Positions 37,553-49,592 of a stretch of 52,976 bases of DNA are shown here, piece after piece. The DNA comes from Klebsormidium nitens (lineage: Eukaryota; Plantae; Klebsormidiophyceae), in NCBI GenBank assembly GCA_000708835.1, contig DF237552.1, positions 1 through 52,976 of the forward strand. Reading direction: 5' to 3'. The position numbers were made by a program, and so were the translations under genes. The notes beneath the pieces were generated by a model. The model had not been told where the DNA came from. It made no database searches and saw only the letters and a program-made list of their open reading frames with translations. Position 1 is the stretch's first letter, and each line of letters begins with the position of its first letter.

Positions 37553-40500
37553 TCAGGAGGGGTCCCCCACGAGGTCCAGCCCCGCCGCGAGGAAGGCGCC
37601 TCCCTGGAAGGCGAGGAAGAAGGCGTGCCGCCCGTCCAGCACCAGCACGGACCAGCCCGCCGCCACCACCAGGTACGCCCCCAGCGCCAGGTCCGCCCAG
37701 CTCAGCTGCCGCGACGGGCCCCCCCGCACCGCGACATCAGCTGGCGCGCCGTCTGTGACCGCCTTGCCAGGTTCGCCGGTGGCGCCGCCTGGCGCGGGGA
37801 GCGGGGCGCGGCCGGTCATGAGGTGCGCGACCTGGCGCGCGGTGGGGCTGGCCGTGCTGACCAGGTCCGCGCCGTCGTCGGTGGGGTCCCCGGGGAACAG
37901 CCCCGCCTCCAGCACGTCCTCCAGCGACTGCAGCAGCCCCGCGCCCGCCAGCGCGCGCGCGCTCGGGGACACCGCGTCGCCGCTCACCAGGTGGAACGCA
38001 GCAGCAGACGCGGCCGCGGCAGGCGGAGCGGCGGCGCGGGCACCCGTCTTCTTGGTCACCTGCGGTGGGCAACTCGTCAGGGCCGGCCCAGATGGACTCG
38101 CATGTCGCTTGCAGATGATGCATCGAAGGAGCGACACCTTAGCGCGATCTGCGATCTGATGAGATGCCGCCGTCGGTGGACAACAAACAGCAGCCGACGG
38201 AAACACCGAATGTATTTCCTGATAATTTTCTTGCGAAGCTTCTGAAAGCCTCAGCATCTTCTTTCCGGGAAACCCGTAATTAACCGAAAGTCTCCGAGCC
38301 GGCGGCGCTTACCACCCACTCCTTGGCGCTGCGCACACCCACCAGCCCGTCTGTGCCACACGAGCAACGCGCGAGTCAGGCCAGAGCAGAGGGGAGGGGA
38401 AGTCTGATCGGAAGAAGAGGCTTGAAAACAATAACGTCTTGAAGAAGGTGTACCTGCCTCAGCTGCAAGGTTCAAGACTGCAGGTACTTTAGCAAACCGT
38501 TCCGAAACTCGGGATGCTGTGTTGCATTACTCTGGGCTTGATGACCGACTCGAGATACCGCTTGTCAAATCGGGCAAACTCGGTTTTTTGGTAGATGCAT
38601 GACTCGCGGTGTAGGGTGCCGGCCTGCCCGTCTGGCGCGGCTCACCCCAGATGGCGCCGCACTTGGTGCGCGTCATGACGTTCTCGAAGAGCAGGAACGG
38701 AAACAGGTACGGCCACGCCCTGCACGCGCGCACCGCAACGTCACCAACACACCGGGATGCAGCAGGCGGAGAGGCGGCCTGGAGCCGGAAGCAGCAGCCA
38801 TGCGTTCCAAGAGCACAGGAAGGCGGCAACGGGCAAGAGCGCTTAGCAGCAGGAGAAACCCCAGTAAGCAAGCTGTGACGGGCGCGGCGCGTACCGGGGG
38901 TAGGGCGCGGTGTGGAGGAGGGAGAGCACGGTGGGCAGGTAGAAGACGGCCCACACCGGGACGGAGATCTCGGGGATGAAGATCGTCGTCGGCAGCAGCA
39001 AACTGCGCGGGGGGGCACAACGGCAGTCACGCAGCAGGGGGGGGCACCGCGGCGAGGAGCAAGATCGACAACAGCATGGACCCACAGGAAAGGGATGGAA
39101 CGAGTCAGATAGCAAGGGCCGTTCAGCCTGCGCGGTCAGCGCGGCATGCCCTGCCGCGGCGCTGACCAGAAGAGCAGGAAGGCGAGCGTGGGCAGGATGA
39201 GCTTGCGCAGCACGAAGAAGACGGCCACCACGTACGCCTTGCGCGCCACGCCCAGCGCGCGGCTACGCAGAATGGCGGGCAGGCACAAGAAGAAGAGCAC
39301 CACCGGGCCTGCGCACCGCACACACGCCAGCAGCTCAGCAACCGCGCCGAGAGGCTCCGACACGTGGGCGGCGCCCATCGTTGCGATGCGGAACATGCAT
39401 GCCGCCGAAAGGAGAAACAGTCTGATGAGGGAGGTCGAAGGCGCTGAGACTTGTGCTTGGTAGGTTTTGAAGAGACGGAGCCGTGCCCTTCCTGCACACG
39501 ATACTGCAATGGCCCGAAGACACTTCAAAGACTTCAAAAGATTGTGACGAGAACAAAGTAACACAAGGATAGAACTTGGCTCCTTGAAACAGTTTCGTTT
39601 GCCAGAAACAACGGAGATGCAGGTCGTTGATGTGCAAAGTAAATGGAAAGTGATTAAGAGGGCCCCCTGTTTCAGTAGGCTGTTCCAGCAGCAACTTGCA
39701 TAGAGAGCGAAATTTCAATGAGGTTGGTGCTGAAAAGCTGATAGAATTCTGGATTGTGAGATTCTTATTGACAGTATCCGGTTAACAAATTGCGCAAAGT
39801 ATGAACCTAGTCGTAGGTGAAGACAGAAGTAAAGAACAGCCAACAAGATGCAAGTTGCGAGAGGAAGGGCACTCGTAGACAATCCGTCGCAAACAATGAT
39901 TCCTGTATCCTGGCGCCCCAGTCTGAACGATCTCAAGTGACGACGTAAGGGAAGCGCTGAGGCAGCGCCGCCAGGACGGGGGTCCGCCCATTCCTTTGAA
40001 CGTGGGGCCCTGTGGCTGGCGCGGTGCGGGGCGGCGGCGGGGTTCACCTGCGTTCCAGCGGTGCTGCTGCTTGCAGTAGGCGCGGTACGTGCACGGCAGC
40101 TCGCACAGCGCCTCGCACTCGTTCATGTACAGGAACGTGTACCCGCACAGGTGCGCGCGCACCGCCTGCAGACCGGAACAAGGAGCGTCGGCTGCCCGCA
40201 GGCGAAGACTGTCGGATCGCTTGACATACACGGACGTCGTTTACACATGCTTCACGCTTTGCCTGCCTGCCCGGCTCGGTGCTGGCAGCGGCGGTATGCG
40301 GTGGCGGCTCACCAGGTCCATGTCCTCCACGGTCGTGCGCGCGTCCCAGCCACCTGCAGCGTAACACACAAGGCTTCAAGGCAAGGCCATCATACGGGCG
40401 GGTAACGCTGCAAGGTGCGCACAACAGGGAGGATGAAACGTCGCCGCACATGCAGCTTCGAGCCCAGGCCCGGATTTTTGGGCGGGCAACGGGATTGCAA

Positions 40501-43500
40501 CAAGGTTAGCATTTTTGCACCTCACGACACCTCGCTTGTTTGAGTGGTGCCTGGCCTCTTCCTGGGATTTGTTTCCTGTGTGGCTGCGCGCACCTGCTTC
40601 CTCGATGGCGGCCGTGCGCCAGACGCCCGCGGTGCCGTTGAAGCCGAAGAAGCCGCAGAGGCTGGAGCCGACCTGCAATGGGGCCGGAGAGGTCATCACG
40701 CGGCGAGCCAAGGGGGCACGGTTTGTGGCTGAATCGCAGAGACGGGAGGGGAGGAATATTCCGCGGCCGGCCCTCCGAGATGTCGGGCTACGGTGTGGTG
40801 CGGCCGCGGCTCACCTGCTGCTCGACCATGAAGTGGTACGCGAAGTTGATGGCCTGCACGCCACGTGCCGAAGCGGCGCGGGGTGAGAGAGAGCACGATC
40901 AGAGATCGGAGCAACCGAGAATCGCCAGCACGAATCCAGACGGGCGCCACTTAGGCCCAAACTGCCTTGGAAGAATGCGCTCAGAAGCACTCGCTCGCAA
41001 AGATGCGGAGTCGCTCTTTGAGCGGGCTTTCTGAGCTTCCGTCGCCACCGGGTCGGTCCGCGGCGCGGCACGGCGGCTCACCTGAAAGCGTGTCAGCAGG
41101 TTCTGGCTCGTGTTCACGAAAGCCCACCGCGCCTGGAGGAAAGCAGCAGAAGGCCGTCAGCGGTGCGCCGTATCGTCCGGAAAACGGCGGCACAGCATGA
41201 GATGAACTGTTTGCGGCCGAGTTCCTCTTCTGTTCGATGACATCTTCTTCAACGCGTTAGCTCGACGTCAAGCTGCGTACCAGACCGTAGCGAACGTGTG
41301 CCATTCAATAGGCCGTATATAAAGGACCCTGTCGATGTCAGCATTGAACAGAATAAAATCTCGCCCCGATCAAGCTTTTATCTCCAAAATCGCTCTTTTC
41401 TTTCATATTATGGTTTTGACGTACTTGAACGATTCAATTGACAGGCACAGAACCCTGGTAGATGTGTTTGTTCACGTGCACCGTGAACTTTCCACTTCTC
41501 CATTGAGCAGTGTCTGTGATCAATCAGGATTGGCTCACCTGCACGAGCGCGCGGTCAGGCCTGCCTTCGAAGTGTGGCATCATGATGCGCAGGAAATCAG
41601 GGCGCGGCATAAAGTCCGCGTCGAAGATGGCCACGAACTCGAAGCCCAGCCCCGCTGCCGCGGCCAGGCCCGCCTGCAGGCCACCACGGCAGGCGTGAGC
41701 CGCAGCTCGAACCCATGTGTCACAAGCGCGGAACATCGAATATAGTAACGGCGAATCCCATGCACAGTGCCACGAATCACGCTAGAATCCGCTGACTCTG
41801 CAATATACTCTGTGGCTTGGAAACTTAGGTGCTCTTGACAAAGGACACATTTACCAACGTATTGAACACTTTCTGACTGAACATTCTTCCGAGAACCTTT
41901 TCCAAAAGTTACACCGACGAATTCTGCCCAATTCAGCCTTTTCCGGGGCAGATGTCCCCTGTCTTCAATTGTCCAACGACATTCTAAAAGGTGTCCAGAA
42001 AAGCATCCAACTCAGTGTTTGTTTGACGTTTGTCGATGTCAAAGCAAATCATTCAGGAGACTCTTTGAGTCAGGGGAAGGTCTTTGTGGAGGAGAAACCG
42101 CCACCGAAGTGATCGATCATGAAAATTGACATGTTTCTACGGAGAAACTGGGAGAAAGCAGCACCGCCACCACCCGCCTCACCTGCAGATTGCCCGCCTT
42201 GTAGCCGCCCTTCACCGTTCTGCACCACAAAAGGGCCACGCGTGAGCCACGTGGGCCATCAGCAGCGCGGTCGGCCGCCCCATATCACTTAGAATCTGAG
42301 CATAACCTGGAAACACTTGCCCTTTTCATACTTCCTCCCGACCTTGCCCCGGCAGCTTGCCTGGCGTGGTAGACGATGGGCGCGCCGCGCGCGGCCCAGG
42401 CGGCGACCTCGTCGGCGATGAGGTGCTGCACGTCCTTCTCGCTGCTGTCGTCCAGCACCTGCACCAGCAGCGCCTCGCCCGGCCACTCCAGCAGGCACGC
42501 CGCCGCGATGCTCTGCGCGTACACCTCGCGCTCGTTGCACATCGGCACCTGCGCAGGGGGGCGCGCGGCGCAGGCCAGCCAGGGCAGCGTAAGGAGGGGA
42601 GGAAGGAAGCACGCGCGCGAGGGGAGGGGACAGCATGCCCAAACAGGGGAGACTTGAGAAAACTCCTTGAAGTCCTCAACCAGTAAAGAAAAGCAGGCCA
42701 GTGCCACCTGGCCTGTGCTGCTCGAAGGTAATACGGTTTCCCTCGCATACTACAAAGGGCAGAATACAGAGTAAGGACTTTTCGCGCTCCTTCAATATTC
42801 CCAATCTGCTCCCGCCCGTCGTTGCTCAGATTCGCGATGCTAGAACCCATTTTTGCTGCAATACGACCGCCTGCTGCCGCGGTGGGGCCTGTTTCTTCCG
42901 TCCCGCTGTGTGGCTGTTCGCACCTGCACCAGGACGCGCGGAGTGGGACGGGCGCGGGCCTGCTGCTGCTGCTGCTGCTGGGCGGCGTGGTCGGCGCGGG
43001 TGGCTCGGCCGGCGGCGCTCCAGAAGATGGCGGCCGCCATGCCGCACTGCAGCAGCTTGTCCAGCGCCTGCCAAGGACAGCGCGCACAGCAGCGGACGTC
43101 AGCAGGCAAGCCGAAGCGACGGCCGCTCGTGACCGTCGCAGAGGGGGCAGGCAGCCAGGACAGAGAGAGGGACCCTGGAGCGGCCTCTGCCAAGTGATCT
43201 CGGAAGCGTCTTTGCTGAGATGCAAACCACGAGGGTTACCAGGTTGTATCCGGGGTTAGTCAACAAGGGCAGCTTGACTGGGCCGAGCCGGCTGCATTTC
43301 ACAAGCTGCAAAAGTTTCGGGCCTGTTTAGGAGGCGGAAAGCCGTCTGCCCCAATGCCCTCCGTGCGCTGGGCCGCCCGGTCACTTCGCCGCTTGCTCAG
43401 ATCCGAACATCTGTCCCCAGCTGCCTCACGGCGGGCCGTGCGCGCGCACCTGCACCAGGAAGATGGCGACGCCCGCGTCCGCGGCAGCCTGCAGGGCGGG

Positions 43501-43863
43501 CGCGATGCGACGGCGGCGCAGGCGCGTCCATGCGGCGGGCAGCAGGGGCAGGCCCTCCAGCAGCTTGGCGCGCGCGTAGCGCCACCCTTCCAGCGGCGTG
43601 CCCGGGTGGCTCTCCCCGGCCACCGCGGCCGCAAGCGCGGCGCCGCTGACGTACAGCACGCTCCACGCCACCAGGCTCACGCCCACCGCGGCGCCGCCCG
43701 CCAGCAGCGTCACCATCGCACTGCGCCATGGCACCCGCCAGCCGCGCCGCAGAAAGGGGGCGCGCGTAGGGAGGGCGGGCGGCTGCTTATTGCCCTTGCG
43801 CTGCTGCTGGCGGTGGGAGCGGGGGGCCGCAGCAGCAGGGGATCCCTCCGAGGGCCGCCCCAT
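37553..43863 (-). CDS. CSLC: Cellulose synthase-like C-type GT2 glycosyltransferase (putative xyloglucan backbone beta-1,4-glucan synthase), about 14 exons
   Basis: Spliced motifs [118 protein letters not shown] and C-terminal FQG.AFL.AGLDLVG. The D, DxD, ED, QxxRW signature is intact. The C-terminal and RKLILP motifs are the CSLC type rather than CSLA. Confidence 0.88.
42960..42980 (-). repeat. (CAG)7 coding microsatellite, poly-Gln in CSLC exon 2
   Basis: CTG x7 on the + strand; encodes [12 protein letters not shown] just before the VLVQ motif. Confidence 0.9.
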
Positions 43864-46800
43864 GGCAGCAGGCGGACGGTGAGGAACAGCAGGAGCGAAG
43901 TGGGATGAAGAAAGGGACAGCGAACTCAGCAAGACGACAATGGCGGAGGGGCCAGCAGGAGGCAGGAAGAGGCAGCGAAACGTGGCGGCAAGAGGCACCG
44001 CGCCTCCAGGCAGGCCAAGAAAGCAGAAAGAGACAGCCGGGCGCAGGGAAGGGCCTCCAGCCTCCTGGCGTGCACGGCTGAGGGGGAACTTTTGCAAGCG
44101 GTGCCAGGCCCTTGGTGGAGAGCAGGACAGACCGCAGCCGCAGCAGAGGGAGGAAGGCGGCATGCTTGGCCGACAACGGGCGGGCATCTCGAGGCGGGCT
44201 CGCCCACAAGCGGTGACTGCACAAAAGCCACGACAGGCCGGACACGCCTCGGGCGGTTCGACCCCGCAAGTGTACTGGAAGCAGCCTCGAAAAACGCGCT
44301 GATGGTGGCACAGACACGAGCACGCGGAGACTTCGAGGGAGGACTCGGTCCCGCAGAAGCCAGCCGGAGATTTGGACTCTCCCGTGGACGTGACACGATG
44401 TGTGGCTGCACCATACAGAGGATGGAGCAGGCACGCTGCACGAACCACAAGGCGATCAGAGGGGGCGAATTGGCGAGATCTCGAAGCATCATTTGATGCA
44501 CTATACCAACAAAATTCCTCAACTAATCACGTCACTTGAGTAAGATGGACCTGTCAAAGTGGTGCGCCCGTTGGTCAAACCTAGTGGCCCTTGGCAACCC
44601 AACTTGAATTTGCTCTAAAGTTCTTCAAGCGCTTCTACAACTTCAGTATTAGCTCTGACTCTGTCTTAAGCATGCGGCTTTCCACAAAGGTCATTATTAC
44701 TATTATCCTCTTGACCTCAGCATCTCTTCTGCTTCTGCACGAGTATGTGTTTACGCTGGTTATTGCTTCATTGAGTCCTTAGGCTGGATACAAAGAAACC
44801 AATGAGGGTGCAAGGAGAGACGATTGGGCCGAGACGCACGTAATCGATCAGAGAATCTCATCCACATTTACATAACTGATGGCCCATGCAGTATGCAGCT
44901 TGCAACTTTTGGCGGTACGTGTCTGTTGGGAAGCGCCAGGGTACTTCGCGTCTACACAGAGGCTCTTTGGTGTGGTGAATGGCAGCTCAAGAACGGAAGG
45001 CCGCGCATGCTCACGTACCGGCATGTGCATATATGTAGCTACTTTGAAGGGCCGCCTTTGTGTCGAGGCATCGATTGCAAAGCTATCCTGCATGTTCAGC
45101 TCAGGCACTTAGGCCGGGCCGCAAGCGGTAGGACCTAGGTGCTTGGGCACTGCTCGATCAGCTGAGTACGAGGTCGGGAGTGACTATTGACGTATACGTC
45201 AAACAGTGAAGTCGTAAGGACGTACAGACTCCAAACTGGGCCGGCCAAAGTCCAGGTGGCAGCGGTGCGTCGATCGTGCAGCGCATGCAAGAGCTTGAAG
45301 ATATCTCATGCTGCTGGCAAAGGCCTTCACTCTGCAAGGTTGCCATTCCCCTTAATAGCTAGACTCCTTCCGCACATGCATCACTTGCAACTTTGACACT
45401 TGCAATCGAACCCAGACACTTCTAAGATGAGTTTACCCGGCCCCTCAGCCTCCGGCCCTTACCGTTGTTAGTCAGCTGGCTGCTCGCCACCAGGCATGGG
45501 GGTATGTGCGGCCAGTTCGGTAAAGTGCGCCATGCACCAGCGCACTTGCAACATGCATTCCTCCTTCACTCAGACGTGCAGTCGAGGCGGGACACGAGAC
45601 TAATTACAGTGAGGACGTGATAGGACCATTACACGAGCTTCAGTGCGGCTGGGCATGGCTTGTATATTATGAGGATCGATCTATTTTATTGAATGCCACA
45701 TGAAGCAAGATCAATGTCAAAGTCGTCAAAAATCCGAAGTAGGCCATTTAGCATGCAAAGTAGCGTTCCAAGCGCTGTGGTCGAGATTCAAGGAGCGATT
45801 TATGGAACTCTGCTTGTTACAATTGATTGCACACCTGGATTCCCACAGGACAGCAACCATTCAGCAGAGACGATTGAACGCACAACAGTCGAGTTGCTCA
45901 TGTCCGACAGAATTTCTATCCGGCCAATCAGTGCAACTCTTCAAAGCCATGCCAGTAATGAGAACAACCCAGCAGCAATGGTCGGGAGACAACTTGCCGG
46001 TCAAAGAAAGCCCGGGTGATCATCTTTGAGCTCCTTCGCAACTGCACACGCGACTACTTCAGCGTGCATGGTGAATAGGAGGATGCGGACGAGTCCAAGA
46101 CCAGCACAAATATCATCAGCCACTGACCCCACTTGGGTCGAGAAGTAGAGCGTCAAAGCAGATCAAGGAGGAAACTGGAAGGACGGTGGCCATATACAGG
46201 CAAGCCCAACTGGAATACCTATCAGAGACAAACGCACCCATGGAGACAGTACAGATCGGGAAAAACGAACTTTCAAACGAACTTCGTGAGATCTAGCGGG
46301 ACTTAACAAGTCATGAAAGCACGACTGACAGCGGGATGCTACTTAAAATTGTCAAAGGGCGCTTTGCAGGGAGCCAAAATGGCTCAGATACAGACCCTGG
46401 CTTGAGGACTTGCAAAAGCTAGCCACGAACCCGAGACGCACAGAGACAAAGGGCCGTGTGCTCGGGCGAGGAGTCGAGCTTTCATTCGGAGCACCACCAA
46501 CGGCATCATACGGCCTGAGGGCCACACGCGCAAGAAGTCCGCCAGATGGTCACCATGTTGGTCAGCCAGAGGGGCCCACCCAGCCAGCACTGACAGCAGG
46601 CGGAACAGAGAATGGAACAGCGAGGCCTCTCTGCCATGCTTGCAACTGCCACCTGGCGGAACAAGACCTGATTCCACCATAAGAAGAAGCGCGTATATAA
46701 GACAACTTATCGCTCAAGAAGGCCCTTCCAAGATGCGCACTTTCCCGGGCTTCGACGCCCGACAGCCCACCTGCTCTGAGCAGGTTTCGGCCAGTCTCAG

Positions 46801-47131
46801 GCTACCGGGCTGGGGCCCCGGGCCCACAGCAGGAGGGGCGGGCCCTCAGCGCCACAGTGCGTGGCTGACAGAAGAAAGGGGGCAGATGTGCAACACTCTG
46901 CAACTTTAGAAGGATACCAGGGGCTCATGTTGGCCCATGGCCGAGTGAACTCCACTTGTCTGCGTTTGTCCTCGGACCTTAAGTCAAAGCTTAGACTAGT
47001 CCACTCTACAATGTTTCTCAAGCAGCTGCGAGCCCCCGCGGGCTCGCTCGCCGAGCGCAGTGTTCTTATGTGGTGCGCTACCTCTATTGTACCTGCCAAC
47101 CCGTTGGTGTCTCTTCCGATGGCCCCCCTGC

Positions 47132-48998
47132 CTACTTGCCGGGCACCACATTGATCTTGATGGTGGCTGTCACCTCGGGGTGCAGCTTCACCGTCGTGCT
47201 GTACACGCCCAGCGCCTTGATCTCCGGGACAGCAATGTCGCCCTTCGGGATGTCCCTGCACACGCGCCGCCACACCGCAGTCAGCCACCTCGCGCCACAC
47301 TACCGCCTGCCGGGCATCACGCGCTCTCCGCGCAGCCGTCCGATGTGAGATGCGGGGGCCTGCTCTCGCAAACAAAGTGCTGCCTGGCTGCGCTAACAGT
47401 GCGAGGGGGGTGGGAGAAGCTCACCTGAGCGTCTGTTTCCGGATGGCCTCTGCCACGTCCGCTGCCGACACCCTGCACGCACACAGTGCTGCGAGTCAGG
47501 TACAGGCAAGCTGGTGTGCAGCCTCTGTCATGCCGACCCTGCTCGGAGTCGTAGGCTACCCTGCCCCAACACGCGGGTACCCTGAATCAGGCATGCCCCG
47601 CGGCGGCGCGCGCGCTCACCCGCCAAAGATCTGCTTGTTGTCGCCGGCCTTCTTCTGCACCACAAACATGCCGACCAGCTGCAGGGACTGCGCCACCTGG
47701 AAGGCCGCGTCGCGCACTTTCCGCTTCTCCTCCTCCTCGGCCGCCTTCTCCGCCTCAATCGCACTGCGCAAACACAGCCACCCACACCCAGCGTCAGCGC
47801 AGCGGGGTCGCAAAGGCATGCCAGGGAATGACACGCAGACTTGACATCAAAATGGGCAGCAGAGAGCAAGCAAGGGCGGACCAAGGAACGCCATGTAACA
47901 CAGGCTGGCGCAAACTGCAAAGCGCAGGCAGAGAGGGGCGGGGCTGCTCACGCGATGATGTCGGGGGTGGCGATCTTAGCCATCTGGTAGGGGTAGAGGT
48001 AGTTGCGGAAGTAGCCCGGCTTCACAAAGTGCATCTCGCCCTCCTTGCCCAGGTGCTCCACGTCCGCCGTCAGGATCACCTGCGCACGCACGCACAGCCG
48101 GCCCTATCTGAAACACAGTGCGGGCGGGCATTGTGCGCCAAAGGTGGCCTCCGCCGCTGCAGCCTCTGCTCATCACCTCCATCAAAGTACCGGAGCATTA
48201 TTGGGCAGACACGTGCATAAGAAGGTCTGCAGGGCGCTCCTCGTGACACAGCACTGGGCGCTGGGGTCGGAACCGTACCTGCCGCCTCTTAACGGCCTTC
48301 TTATTGGCGGTGATGACAGCCGTCCGCGGGCCACGCGAGACGGGGCCGGCCGGCGCTGCAAACGCGTGCACCGCAGAGTGGCGCTCATACTGCAGGCACA
48401 CCACCACGCAGCAATCAGGGCCAAGCAGGCAGAGGGGAAAGGGGCAGCAGGACAGCACAGCCACCACTGATGCAAGCATGGCGCCGCGAGCATCCAGAAG
48501 GGCCTGTAGAGCCAAGCATTTGCCCATGGGCAAATGCAAGGAGCCCCGCAGCCAGGACCAGCCTCAGCAACATCGGAGGGGTGGCATCAGGCATGTTCGC
48601 AACAACCCAGGAATTTCCATGTGCCAGCAGGGCCAGGCTGGCGGCTGCCTGCTCCTTGCATTGCCAGCGACCCGAGTAATTGACCACAGGAGCAGCCGCA
48701 CGCAGGGCGGCAGGTGCTGTGACACGCACAGCGAGCGTGCCCCTGATGTTTAACTGCTCAGAAGAGATACTCAGAAGTGCCAAAAACTGAAGCAGCCAAG
48801 CGGTCCAGTTTCCAGGCCCGCTTGCAAACATGACGTCTCCAGGCGGTCGCAGCAAGCAACCATTACCTGCATTGCACTGGGTTCAACCTCACCCGCGTGT
48901 GGTGCTGTGCTCACCTGTCTAGCCTGCGTGCTCAGTCCTTCCACCTGCCGCAAACACAAGCCGCTGGCGGTGCCTGCTCGCGCCACACTACTTGCCAT
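47132..48998 (-). CDS. RPL9: Plastid 50S ribosomal protein bL9 (nuclear-encoded), about 6 exons
   Basis: Transit-like exon MASSVARAGTASGLCLRQVEGLSTQARQ, then TANKKAVKRRQ, VILTADVEHLGKEGEMHFVKPGYFRNYLYP, KKAGDNKQIFG, and last exon IAVPEIKALGVYSTTVKLHPEVTATIKINVVPGK*. Confidence 0.9.
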
Positions 48999-49283
48999 AC
49001 TGCTTGCTCCAACTCAGACCAACCGCAAAGATGGAACAACTGACACTGTGATAGGCTCCTCCTCGTAAGGAAACGGGGGTTCCTCTGTCGACTTTCCTGT
49101 TGTAGGTAACCACAGACTCCAGAGACAGGCGCTCTGCTCGCCTTCAAATGTCTGAGAGAAAGCGCTACGCCATATGGCTGGAGCAGCACCGCGTCGTCTC
49201 TCGTTGTGACCGCATTGAGACTGCTCAATGCGCATGGTTTGAGCACCGTCGCTCTAGTTCGAAGGCTCCGATTGAGGTTACCT

Positions 49284-49344
49284 AAGCCCTAAACCCACCC
49301 ATGGGTTTGCCAGGTGGGTTTCTCTACCAATTCACGGCTGGGCC
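49284..49344 (-). promoter_or_regulatory. Candidate site II (TGGGCC) plus telo-box-like motif upstream of RPL9
   Basis: TGGGCC at 49339-49344 and AAGCCCTAAACCCA at 49284-49297 (1 mismatch to AAACCCTAA), about 290-350 bp upstream of the ATG. Short motifs, so weak support. Confidence 0.3.
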
Positions 49345-49592
49345 CCGTTCAAACAGGTTCAGACTACCTAGATGTAATAAACGTCCTTAACGGGTAACCC
49401 ATGGGTTGAAAATAAACTACCCAAGCCCGCCACCCAAGCCAAGGGCCCGGGAGGCCTGAGTCCGGGCAGAGTCCCAGGCCGGGCCGCCCCTGCCACTGGA
49501 CCTTCGCGCTGTTTTAATGTCCTTTCAAAGCTCTGGTTGACACTCTACTACCTAGTCTCTACTACTAGTACTAGGATACCGGTACTCTCGTT

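Noticed and set aside
1104-48998. tatC, moaA and rplI homologues read as bacterial contamination, horizontal transfer or an operon
   Set aside because: All are split by spliceosomal introns, carry organellar targeting peptides and are interleaved with purely eukaryotic genes.
80-49401. GGTNACC as a shared promoter motif (80, 123, 31390, 49276, 49393)
   Set aside because: About a dozen are expected by chance in 53 kb and it also occurs in introns.
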